IMG/VR virus record: IMGVR_UViG_3300010354_002996 | Span: 1-56,973 of that record | Strand: one strand, 5' to 3' | From: a virus | Taxonomy: Duplodnaviria > Caudoviricetes | DNA length: 56,973 nt | Shown: piece after piece, positions 1-8,337 of the stretch | How positions within the stretch are numbered: position 1 is the first letter of the stretch | Layout: every line of letters begins with the position of its first letter | Notes under the pieces: model-generated | What the model saw: the letters and a program-made list of their open reading frames with translations, nothing else | What the model was told of the DNA's origin: nothing | The model's database searches: none | Position numbers and translations under genes: made by a program

Positions 1-618
1 CCAAGTTGTGATGATGAAAGAAAATTATACAACTATGATATCAAGCAGGATTGTGCTGTAGGTGAAATTAAAGTAGAAACACCAGAAGGATTTGTTGTTC
101 TTAATCAGCCATTTACTGCGACCACTGTATATTCTGCATCACAAACACCAACACCTCCTGTTAGAATTAAACCAGACATTCGTGCTATCAACAATAACAT
201 GTTACTTGATACTCCTGATAGTATCGCATCTGTTCTTGCGAGAATCAAAAAAGAAGAAGATAAAAAGAAATATGCAATCATTGAAATGTCAGAAGATGAA
301 GCAAAGGTTGCCTCTGATAACTCGAAGAAAAGAATAACAGTAGAACAAATAGCACTTATTAATTCTGTTAAATTGAAAGTGTCACCAGATGCTATTGTTC
401 TTTCTGATTGTTCAGTGTTCAATGTATGTTGGAATGAACGTGGATTAAATCGCTATCTTAAAGTAGATGAAAAATCTAAAAGCACTATCTACATCGGTAT
501 CAATGAAAGACAAGATAATGCAACATATACGATATCACAAAATTCATCAGAACCAGAAATCAAAATAACTGGAACTGGTAATCAAAATAGAATAACAATA
601 AAGCAGGTGGATAGATGA
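1..618 (+). CDS. FecR-domain-like protein, 5' truncated by the window edge
   Basis: The frame of ORF 199..618 is open back to base 1 (PSCDDERK...CAVGEIKVETPEGFVVLNQPFTATTV...PTPPVRI...INNNMLL). This resembles the C-terminal half of FecR-like proteins found beside curlin and CHASE2 cyclase genes. Stop overlaps the next ATG. Confidence 0.55.
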   Translation, partial: PSCDDERKLYNYDIKQDCAVGEIKVETPEGFVVLNQPFTATTVYSASQTPTPPVRIKPDIRAINNNMLLDTPDSIASVLARIKKEEDKKKYAIIEMSEDEAKVASDNSKKRITVEQIALINSVKLKVSPDAIVLSDCSVFNVCWNERGLNRYLKVDEKSKSTIYIGINERQDNATYTISQNSSEPEIKITGTGNQNRITIKQVDR

Positions 619-2009
619 AAAAACTTATTGCAGTCTTTCTTGCTTTATTTGTTACTGTAGCGTATGCTGAAGACCTTGGCGGCAACTTCGGTTTTGAAAA
701 CGGTAATCTAACTGGATGGATTATCAGTAATGGTGGTTCATTTAAGTCAGCCACGAGTTGGAGTTCTGATGGTAGTGGTGTTAGTGTTACTAATGGTATA
801 ACGAACTATAGTCCTGGTGGTGGTAACACATGGAATGTTACTGGTTATGGTTCTTATATGGCCAGTATTCAAGCTGGTTCTGGCTCTCCAACATTTGATT
901 CTTCGACTGCATCTTTAGGTCTAACAGGAACAGAAAATACTGCGATCAAAAACTTCTTGACAGCACAGGGTGGCAATTCAAATCCAACTAATGCTTCATG
1001 GATGAAAAGGAATGTTACACTAGAAGCTGGTAAAACATATACGATAGCATGGCAATATCTATCTACAGATTATGTTCCATTCAATGATGGATCGATGATT
1101 ACATTAACACACGCAACGAATTCTGGTATTATTCCTACACTGAACAATGAACAAAAAAGATATGCTCTACTTGGATTTACGAATCCAGGAACTGGTAACT
1201 ATTCAACAGGCAGCTATGCATCTACTGGTTGGCAGTTGGCAATATTTACTGTTCCAGAGAACGGCGAATACTCATTAGGATTTGCTTCATTTAATCTCGG
1301 CGATACTGCTTTGAGTCCTATTCTATTAGTAGATCAGATACAAGGCACAACTACATTGAATGGAACAAACTTTGATCCTATCGCACCAAATGCTGGTTCT
1401 ACTGCACCGACTACACCAACACAACCGCCAGCTCCATCCTATGCTAGTTCTATAACAACACAACAACAGAACAGAGTTAACACTTGGTTGAATCGTGGTA
1501 ATAACTCAAGTGGCGTTTATATAGATCAGATCGGCAATTATAATAACATAACAGTTCTACAGAAAAATCATAAAGATAACTATATCAAATATCAAGGCAC
1601 AGGAAATAACAATAATATAAACATAATACAGAAAACGGATAATGGAACTGGTGCTGGTCATTATCTTGAGTTGGGTAGTATAGGTAATCAGAACACCATT
1701 AATCTTACACAGGATAATAATGGCGGTAAGAAGATGTTTGTTGATAACAATGGGTCTGGTAACAACATTAATGTTACACAGAAGAATGGTGGTCAACATT
1801 ATCTTGATTTAGGATTAACTGGTAACGGTCATTCTGCTACCATTGTTCAAGAAGGTTCTGGCAACCATGCTGCCACGATACGCCTAAATAATTCTGGCGG
1901 TTCATCTAATTTGAATCTTAGTCAATCTGGAACTACCAATCAAGTATATTCAATCGAACAAACATGCACAAATCCAGCTGGATGTAGTGTATCGGTGACA
2001 CAACAATGA
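615..2009 (+). CDS. Secreted protein with N-terminal beta-rich domain, Pro/Thr linker and C-terminal curlin (CsgA/CsgB-like) repeats
   Basis: Signal peptide MKKLIAVFLALFVTVAYA; linker APTTPTQPPAP; repeated Q-x-G-x-x-N-x-I-x-x-x-Q units (IDQIGNYNNITVLQ, QGTGNNNNINIIQ, SIGNQNTINLTQ, GSGNNINVTQ, VQEGSGNHAATI); ends CTNPAGCSVSVTQQ. Confidence 0.75.
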   Translation: MKKLIAVFLALFVTVAYAEDLGGNFGFENGNLTGWIISNGGSFKSATSWSSDGSGVSVTNGITNYSPGGGNTWNVTGYGSYMASIQAGSGSPTFDSSTASLGLTGTENTAIKNFLTAQGGNSNPTNASWMKRNVTLEAGKTYTIAWQYLSTDYVPFNDGSMITLTHATNSGIIPTLNNEQKRYALLGFTNPGTGNYSTGSYASTGWQLAIFTVPENGEYSLGFASFNLGDTALSPILLVDQIQGTTTLNGTNFDPIAPNAGSTAPTTPTQPPAPSYASSITTQQQNRVNTWLNRGNNSSGVYIDQIGNYNNITVLQKNHKDNYIKYQGTGNNNNINIIQKTDNGTGAGHYLELGSIGNQNTINLTQDNNGGKKMFVDNNGSGNNINVTQKNGGQHYLDLGLTGNGHSATIVQEGSGNHAATIRLNNSGGSSNLNLSQSGTTNQVYSIEQTCTNPAGCSVSVTQQ

Positions 2010-4051
2010 AGAAACTAGTCGCATTTATTATTCTTGCATTATTCGTATTCTTGAAGGTGATGGATTATTCACCTGTTGAAATATTGCGACTAAAGACGTT
2101 TGACTATTTGCTAACAAGCAAAACGCCAGTCAAATCAGACAATGTTGTTATTGTTTCTATTGATGAAAAATCAATAAAAGAAAAAGGTCAATGGCCATGG
2201 TCACGCAAAGATATTGCTGAGACCATGGCGTCTTTGTTCAAGCAGGGCGCAGGAATAGTTGTATTCCCTGTGCTTATGTCTGAAAAAGATAGAATGGGCA
2301 CTGATGAAATCCTTTCTGAGTTTCTGACGAAACAGAAGGGCGTTGTTATATCACAAACGCCAACAACTCAGAAAGGAAATGGAAATGCAGTTGTTCGTGG
2401 ATATTCAGCTATTGGTGGCGACGTTCTACCTTACATTGCTAGGTGGAATAGTGTTATCGGTCCTCTACCCGATTTTGGTAAGAATGCTTCGGGCGTCGGG
2501 ATGGCAGCAACCATTCCTGAAAGGGACGGCGTTGTACGCCGCATCCCTATGCTTGTGGCTATTGGCGAGTCTATATATCCCTCGATGGTTTTGGAATCTA
2601 TACGTGTCGCTGTAGGATCACCATCGTTTCAAATTAAATCTACAGACGCAGGAATAGAAGCAGTCAGAGTCCGTGGATTCAAACCTCTGACGACTGATTC
2701 TAACGGTAGAATATGGCTAGACTGGAACTATCAATTCAATAAGATATCACATACAGATATTGGTAAGACTGATCTTAAAGGTAAGATAGTAATTCTTGGA
2801 TTGGAAGTAGAAGGTGTTGGCGGAATTATTGCTACACCATTAGGATCGAAATGGTCTCATGAAATACAGGCAATTGGAATCGAATCGGCGATACAAGGTA
2901 AGACTCCAGTTCGCTTTGCATTCGCTAATCTTCTTGAAGCAATGAGTATTGCTATTATTGGTATTGCGGTGATCTTACTTACACCGATACTATCACCCGT
3001 CGTAACATACTTATTATATCCCATATTTGTTGGTTTGTCAAGTCTTTTTTCTTACTATATGTTCAAAGATTATGGACAACTATGGGATGTCAGTTTCCTG
3101 ATTGTATCGTTCACTATCGTGTTCGGATACATGGTCATACTAAAGTTCCTCAAAGAACTGTTTCTCAAACTACAGATCAAGAAACAGTTTGGCACTTATC
3201 TGTCTCCTGCATTAGTTGAGAAGTTGCAGAAGAACCCAGACTTACTTAAACTAGGAGGAGAAACCCGTGAGCTGTCAATTATGTTTACGGATGTTCGTGG
3301 TTTTACTGCTATTTCTGAGCACTATGGTGATAATGTGCAAGGTCTTACGCAAATAATGAATCGCTACATGACGGCGATGACGGAGAAGATTATTAAGAAT
3401 GAAGGCACATTAGATAAGTATATTGGTGATGCTCAGATGGCTTTCTGGAACGCTCCATTAGATAATCCAAGACATGCTAGAGACGCAGTTAAAACAGCAT
3501 TGGAGATGTTAGATGATCTGGATTCTTTTAATAAGGAGATCGCCTCTGATGGTGTTCCTCCTTTTGGAATGGGCATTGGTATTAATACTGGCTCTGTTGT
3601 GGTGGGTAATATGGGGTCAACACAACGTTTCGATTATACATGTTTGGGCGATTCTGTCAACTTGGCTTCGAGGCTAGAAGGTCAGTCAAAGAATTATGGT
3701 GTTCGTTTGGTTATCGGCGAAGAAACTGCTAAACAAATAATGAACGATTTCCATGTCATAAAACTTGATGTGATAGCAGTTAAAGGTAAAAAGATTGGCG
3801 TCGGAATATATACAATAATATCAGCTGATGACATTATGCCCGTATATCATGCTACACATAAAGACTTTAGAAAATTCTATGAAAAAGGTGATTGGAATCA
3901 AGCGTTAGAATTCCTAAAAGTATTGAATAGCAATCGTGTATTCAATGGAGTTCTCAAAGAATATTATGAAATGATGGAAGAAAGAATATTAGAATATAAA
4001 GCCAATCCACCTAAAGATTGGGATGGAACATATCGTGCAACTAGTAAATAA
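2006..4051 (+). CDS. CHASE2-domain class III adenylate cyclase
   Basis: CHASE2 motifs (VVIVSIDEKS, GQWPWSR, DGVVRRIPM), three hydrophobic helices, and cyclase motifs FTDVRGFT, DKYIGDAQMAFW, GIGINTG, DYTCLGDSVNLASRLEG. Confidence 0.95.
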   Translation: MKKLVAFIILALFVFLKVMDYSPVEILRLKTFDYLLTSKTPVKSDNVVIVSIDEKSIKEKGQWPWSRKDIAETMASLFKQGAGIVVFPVLMSEKDRMGTDEILSEFLTKQKGVVISQTPTTQKGNGNAVVRGYSAIGGDVLPYIARWNSVIGPLPDFGKNASGVGMAATIPERDGVVRRIPMLVAIGESIYPSMVLESIRVAVGSPSFQIKSTDAGIEAVRVRGFKPLTTDSNGRIWLDWNYQFNKISHTDIGKTDLKGKIVILGLEVEGVGGIIATPLGSKWSHEIQAIGIESAIQGKTPVRFAFANLLEAMSIAIIGIAVILLTPILSPVVTYLLYPIFVGLSSLFSYYMFKDYGQLWDVSFLIVSFTIVFGYMVILKFLKELFLKLQIKKQFGTYLSPALVEKLQKNPDLLKLGGETRELSIMFTDVRGFTAISEHYGDNVQGLTQIMNRYMTAMTEKIIKNEGTLDKYIGDAQMAFWNAPLDNPRHARDAVKTALEMLDDLDSFNKEIASDGVPPFGMGIGINTGSVVVGNMGSTQRFDYTCLGDSVNLASRLEGQSKNYGVRLVIGEETAKQIMNDFHVIKLDVIAVKGKKIGVGIYTIISADDIMPVYHATHKDFRKFYEKGDWNQALEFLKVLNSNRVFNGVLKEYYEMMEERILEYKANPPKDWDGTYRATSK

Positions 4052-4061
4052 TATTCTTTAT

Positions 4062-4406
4062 CTATTTGCTTTTCTTTGTGCTATCTTCGCTGGGCTTTTG
4101 CTCTGGTATAGCTTTGGTCCCCTTCTCATCATTGATAACAAAGTCATGAGCTTTTTGTGTTAGTTCTTCGTGTTCCATCTTACGAAGTTGAAGAACTATA
4201 TTCACTTTTTGATTCAAACGAATGAGATCATTATCAAGCATACGAATACGATCAATGAGAGCAATTAGAGTTTTATTAGCTTCAGACAATACTGGTTTGA
4301 TTTCTTTTGTTGCCCACACCCAAACGAAATATACGAAATAACCAAGACCAACTGCTGCTACAATAGGAAACCCATACTTACTTATTAATTCTGCGATATT
4401 GCCCAT
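4062..4406 (-). CDS. Small single-TM plus coiled-coil membrane protein (YvrJ/holin-like), paralog of 4604..4891
   Basis: ISKYGFPIVAAVGLGYFVYFVW hydrophobic helix followed by heptad-like LIDRIRMLDNDLIRL. Confidence 0.65.
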   Translation of the reverse strand: MGNIAELISKYGFPIVAAVGLGYFVYFVWVWATKEIKPVLSEANKTLIALIDRIRMLDNDLIRLNQKVNIVLQLRKMEHEELTQKAHDFVINDEKGTKAIPEQKPSEDSTKKSK

Positions 4407-4590
4407 CTTTAATCTCTACTCTTCTTAATGCGGCTCTACCATCATTCAGTTCAACTGCTTCAAAAAAAGTGCCTGGTTTAAATGGTAATTGTTTGTTTAT
4501 TCTCTGATTAGGATTCGGTGTGAAAATCAATTCCTCATCAAATATAACTATATCCGATCCAATCGTTATAGTATATCCGAGATGAGGCAT
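4378..4590 (-). CDS. Hypothetical protein (about 70 aa)
   Basis: Fills the gap between the two paralogs. Likely start at ATG 4590 (MPHLGY), just after the upstream stop. Confidence 0.55.
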   Translation of the reverse strand: MPHLGYTITIGSDIVIFDEELIFTPNPNQRINKQLPFKPGTFFEAVELNDGRAALRRVEIKDGQYRRINK

Positions 4591-4603
4591 AGCATGTTTA
4601 TAA

Positions 4604-4891
4604 TCAGTCTCGTCTCGCGTCGTTTTTGCCATCTGCTCTAGCCAATCTATCAACATCGGGTTTTACGCCCATTGCGTTCGAAACCAAAGTATCAATACGG
4701 ATAACGTCATGATTCATCGTTTTCACACGATTATCGAGGGCAGTAATGATTCCGCTCAGACCTTGCACGGAACTCATTACTCCAGCCAGTATAAATTTCA
4801 TTGTGAGGAAGATAAAGTATCCACCAGCAATTGCTGCTGCTATTGGGAAGCCGACGTCTGAAATCAGCTTGAATGCACTATTCACGTCCAT
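4604..4891 (-). CDS. Small single-TM plus coiled-coil membrane protein (YvrJ/holin-like)
   Basis: ISDVGFPIAAAIAGGYFIFL helix, LDNRVKTMNHDVIRI. Strong purine-rich SD and a late promoter upstream. Confidence 0.7.
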   Translation of the reverse strand: MDVNSAFKLISDVGFPIAAAIAGGYFIFLTMKFILAGVMSSVQGLSGIITALDNRVKTMNHDVIRIDTLVSNAMGVKPDVDRLARADGKNDARRD

Positions 4892-4920
4892 GGTTGTTTT
4901 CCTTTCCTTCTTTTCACAGT

Positions 4921-4928
4921 TATTTATA
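4921..4928 (-). promoter_or_regulatory. T4-type late promoter TATAAATA
   Basis: Plus strand tatttata, 30 nt upstream of the ATG at 4891. Confidence 0.7.
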
Positions 4929-4961
4929 TTTCAACCAAACGCTAAATAAGGATATAAGATT

Positions 4962-5195
4962 ATGCCAACATATACGTTTCATAACACCAAAACTGATGAA
5001 TACCATGAGGATTTCATGACGATTTCCTCCATGGAAGAGTATCTCGCGAAAAATCCTCATATCAATATGGTTCCTGCCGCACCGATGATCGTATCGGGTG
5101 TTGCTTCTGGACGCAACAAACCAGATAGTGGTTTCCGCGATCTACTCAAAACCATCAAGAAAAATAGCCCTCGTTCAACAATCAACACATTCTAG
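4962..5195 (+). CDS. Conserved T4-like phage small protein (FmdB-like N-terminus without Cys)
   Basis: MPTYTF start, EEYLAKNPHI, KPDSGFRDLL. Typical position just upstream of phoH. Confidence 0.7.
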   Translation: MPTYTFHNTKTDEYHEDFMTISSMEEYLAKNPHINMVPAAPMIVSGVASGRNKPDSGFRDLLKTIKKNSPRSTINTF

Positions 5196-5271
5196 GAGGT
5201 TCCAAACGGCACAGCATCGTTCCATTCGTCGTCATGTTACTTACAGTAATCACAAAAAACGGAGCAATCAA

Positions 5272-6045
5272 ATGATTCCGAACAAAGTAACCGAACTCTT
5301 GAACGAACGAACCATAATCGAAGAGGCAGATCGATATTTGTCTCGCCGAGAACGGAAACAACTCAAAAAGAAAAAACCTAAGTCTGTTGCCCTTCCTCAT
5401 TTATCGTGGATACAACCACAAACTCCCGCTCAGCAAAAAGTATTTGATGCATTTCAGCAAGACAAGAATCTAATCCTGCATGGTGTAGCTGGTACTGGTA
5501 AAACCTTTATCGCTATGTTCCTTGCATTAGAAGCAATTCTCACTGGCGACGCGCCTATGCCTATCGTGGTTATTCGTAGCGTCGTTCCGACAAGAGATAT
5601 CGGTTTTCTACCAGGCAAAGCCGACCAAAAAGCAGCAGTGTATGAAGCGCCATACGCTGGCATCATTTCAGAATTAGTAGATAAACCCTATGACTGGATG
5701 AAGCAGAACGGATATATTGAATTTCATACAACTTCATTTCTGCGTGGCACAACATTCCGTGATAGTATCATAATCATTGATGAATGTCAGAACATGAGTG
5801 ATCAGGAAATCCATACTATCATGACTCGTGTTGGTGAAGGTTGTCGTGTTATTCTTTGTGGCGATTTTGCTCAGAAAGATTATATGAAAGAAGGCAGCGG
5901 TATGCCTAATCTATTGAAAGTGGCTGGTCGTATGAAGTCTTTCGAAATTGTAAAGTTCAATAAAGAAGATGTTGTTCGATCTGGTTTCGTTCGTGAGTAT
6001 ATCCTAACTCGTACAGCACTTGACGAAGCGGGATTAATAACGTAA
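5272..6045 (+). CDS. phoH: PhoH-like ATPase
   Basis: Walker A GVAGTGKT, RDIGFLPG, FLRGTTF, IIIDECQN, TRVGEG, DVVRSGFV. Start moved to ATG 5272 (SD ggag). Confidence 0.93.
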   Translation: MIPNKVTELLNERTIIEEADRYLSRRERKQLKKKKPKSVALPHLSWIQPQTPAQQKVFDAFQQDKNLILHGVAGTGKTFIAMFLALEAILTGDAPMPIVVIRSVVPTRDIGFLPGKADQKAAVYEAPYAGIISELVDKPYDWMKQNGYIEFHTTSFLRGTTFRDSIIIIDECQNMSDQEIHTIMTRVGEGCRVILCGDFAQKDYMKEGSGMPNLLKVAGRMKSFEIVKFNKEDVVRSGFVREYILTRTALDEAGLIT

Positions 6046-6066
6046 AATAAACACCTATATAATGGT

Positions 6067-6756
6067 ATGAGAATGCGATTTGATTATTCACCACATATTG
6101 ATTTGCCTAAAGCAAAACAAATCAATTCACCAGCGGGACGTCGTTATCAAACTCCCGCTGGTAGTCTTTATCCTTCCATAACAACTGTTCTTGGTGATCA
6201 GCCAGAAAAGAAACGTTCGCTCGCGGAATGGCGCGCTCGCGTAGGCGCGGAAAAGGCACAGGCAATATCTACGCAAGCAGCACGGCGCGGAACTAATCTT
6301 CACAATCTCATGGAAAAGTATATCCTTGGCGATGACGTTGATCCTAAAACAGTTCTTCCTTCAACTATCGCGCATTTCAAACCAGTAAGAAAATGTGTTG
6401 ACAAAAACCTTCAGCTGGTATATACTACTGAAACTTCAATGTATTCTGATTTGCTACGAATAGCAGGAACTGCTGATTTGATCTGCGAATGGGACGGCGA
6501 AGTTACGGTGGTTGATTTCAAGACTTCGCGAACTATGAAAACGCGCGAAATGATTCACGACTACTTCCTGCAAGCAACCGCATACACAATCATGTTCGAA
6601 GAACATACGGGAATCGAAACCTATAATATCGCTATCTTAATGGTCACGGATGAAGGCGAGTTTCAGGAGTTCCGCGGTCATCGAAATGATTATGTGGCGG
6701 ATTTGTTGAATGTTCGTAATGAATATGAAAAAAGAGTCTTGACAAATACACTCTAA
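6067..6756 (+). CDS. PD-(D/E)XK exonuclease
   Basis: YPSITTVL, RGTNLH, IAGTADL, VDFKTS, YFLQATAY. Usual neighbour of phoH in T4-like phages. Confidence 0.88.
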   Translation: MRMRFDYSPHIDLPKAKQINSPAGRRYQTPAGSLYPSITTVLGDQPEKKRSLAEWRARVGAEKAQAISTQAARRGTNLHNLMEKYILGDDVDPKTVLPSTIAHFKPVRKCVDKNLQLVYTTETSMYSDLLRIAGTADLICEWDGEVTVVDFKTSRTMKTREMIHDYFLQATAYTIMFEEHTGIETYNIAILMVTDEGEFQEFRGHRNDYVADLLNVRNEYEKRVLTNTL

Positions 6757-6772
6757 TGATATAATATAAATA
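6735..6772 (+). promoter_or_regulatory. Tandem sigma70-like promoter and T4 late promoter upstream of the tmRNA
   Basis: TTGACA 6739-6744, 17 nt, TAATAT 6762-6767; overlapping TATAAATA 6765-6772. Confidence 0.7.
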
Positions 6773-6777
6773 TATTG

Positions 6778-7100
6778 TTATCGTTGAAGTTGACGATAGA
6801 CGGATCGGACGTGGGGGCAGTACCCACCGCCTCCACCATGGATGCATCGTTCTCAAACCTGCTTAGGAAAAGCACCCGAGAACATAGCGCTCACTGTTTT
6901 GGTCGGGAAACCATCTACGGTGCATCTTTGATGGGGGCGAAATAGGATCGACGGACGTTGATGCGGAGATGGAGATAACGGGATGATCGCCTCATAGATC
7001 AAAAACCATAGGTGCCAACGATAATGTTGCTCCTCGTTACGCTCTAGCAGCCTAACATGAGTTTTCGGTGGGTTTGACTTGGAAACAGAATAAACCCACC
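6778..7100 (+). ncRNA. ssrA: Circularly permuted two-piece tmRNA, alphaproteobacterial type; tag (A)ANDNVAPRYALAA
   Basis: Acceptor piece first: T-arm GTGGG-GGCAGTA-CCCAC (6811-6827), CGCCTCC-ACCA (6828-6838). Coding piece starts GGGGGCGAAATAGGATCGAC at 6933 and forms a 7-bp acceptor stem with G3:U. Tag ORF 7014-7055. Outer boundaries approximate. Confidence 0.93.
7067..7100 (+). terminator. Hairpin closing the tmRNA coding piece
   Basis: GGTGGGTTTG...TAAACCCACC 10-bp stem. No strong U tract, so it may be structural or a processing site. Confidence 0.5.
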
Positions 7101-7171
7101 AACTTATGCGCCTGAGGGAGAGGCGTGCGCTAAACAAAATATCCCCTCACCTTTTAGAGGATGAAAGCAAG

Positions 7172-7741
7172 ATGATAATGCAAGAACGAATAGATAATTA
7201 CTGCAAAATCACTGGCTTTCCGAAATCACTCTTCTTGAGTGAAGACGGCAGAGTTGTCGGAACTTGGATTATGGGCAACGCATATGGAGTCCAGTCAGGA
7301 TATTATGGGGGATATCCAGCTGGATATCTCAAACGCATAAAAGCACTTTTTCCAGACAAACAACGCTGCCTGCACCTATTTTCAGGTAAGGTGGATCAGT
7401 CTGCTTTTCCTGGGGATACTGTTGACATAAATGATACATTGCAGCCCACATATGTGGACGATGCTCAATCCCTTGAAAACGTCCCTGTCGAGAACTACGA
7501 CATAATTCTCGCGGACCCACCATACAGCATTGAGGACTGTGATCATTATCAGACAACGATGGTAAAAAGAAACAAAGTATTACGCGCACTAAGTAAGGCA
7601 AACAAGGGGACCCATGTTGTTTGGTTAGACCAAGTTCTGCCTATGTATCGAAAAGAAGAATGGAAAATGGTCGGCGTCATAGGAATGGTGAAATCGACAA
7701 ATCATCGGTTTCGCGTTGTGACAATATTCGAGAGAACCTAA
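7172..7741 (+). CDS. SAM-dependent amino-methyltransferase-like protein (N6-A/N4-C type)
   Basis: Motif I-like LHLFSG followed by ILADPPYS. SD gagga at 7157; start 7172 or 7178. Confidence 0.65.
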   Translation: MIMQERIDNYCKITGFPKSLFLSEDGRVVGTWIMGNAYGVQSGYYGGYPAGYLKRIKALFPDKQRCLHLFSGKVDQSAFPGDTVDINDTLQPTYVDDAQSLENVPVENYDIILADPPYSIEDCDHYQTTMVKRNKVLRALSKANKGTHVVWLDQVLPMYRKEEWKMVGVIGMVKSTNHRFRVVTIFERT

Positions 7742-7753
7742 TCAGAGGTCATC

Positions 7754-8128
7754 ATGAAAACATTAGTCTTGACACTAGCTCTATTGTGCGGTATGATTAC
7801 TTCATCGATTGCTCATGAATGGTGGGGCAACGGAACTGAAGTTGATCCTAAGACAAAGATGAATTGTTGCGGCAAGTCTGATTGTAAGTATATCGATGAA
7901 AAGACTCTTATTCGCAGAGTATCACCGCAGGGTGTATATGTAAAGTTTCGAAATCCTATGCCTAAAGAAGAATGGGAAAAACTTTTCGGTTCACTTCCAT
8001 ATAATGAATATATCGAAGCAATTATCCCTCATGTTAGAGTTCAGCCTTCACCTGATGGTAGGTATTGGGCTTGTATAAATTCATTAAGCGATATACTTTG
8101 CTATTGGGAACCACATAATGGAGCATAA
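7754..8128 (+). CDS. Secreted Cys-rich protein
   Basis: Signal peptide, then HEWW, CCGKSDC, SPDGRYWAC, LCY. Pattern recalled from small alphaproteobacterial/prophage proteins. Confidence 0.7.
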   Translation: MKTLVLTLALLCGMITSSIAHEWWGNGTEVDPKTKMNCCGKSDCKYIDEKTLIRRVSPQGVYVKFRNPMPKEEWEKLFGSLPYNEYIEAIIPHVRVQPSPDGRYWACINSLSDILCYWEPHNGA

Positions 8129-8336
8129 TATGTATGAAAATGAAATTCGCCTACGGCTAGAAATTGTTCGTATGGCGCGTGAACAACTAAAAGATGAACA
8201 AGAAACACCACCGACACTACACCAAATTTTGGATCGCTCAAGAACTTTACTAGATTTTGTTCAAGGCAGTTCTGATCCGATGGTAAAAACTGTAACTCAG
8301 CTTCTAACCGAAATCGACACACAAACAGGGTGCTAA
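8118..8336 (+). CDS. Hypothetical protein
   Basis: Tightly packed ORF; YENEIRLRLEIVRMA...PTLHQILDRS. Start could be 8130. Confidence 0.65.
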   Translation: MEHNMYENEIRLRLEIVRMAREQLKDEQETPPTLHQILDRSRTLLDFVQGSSDPMVKTVTQLLTEIDTQTGC

Positions 8337-8337
8337 T

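Noticed and set aside
6805-6838. tRNA-like 3' end with CCA
   Set aside because: No D or anticodon arm upstream; it is the tmRNA acceptor piece.
6644-7137. Minus-strand ORFs 6644..6856 and 6853..7137
   Set aside because: Shadows of the tmRNA locus; no protein-like features.
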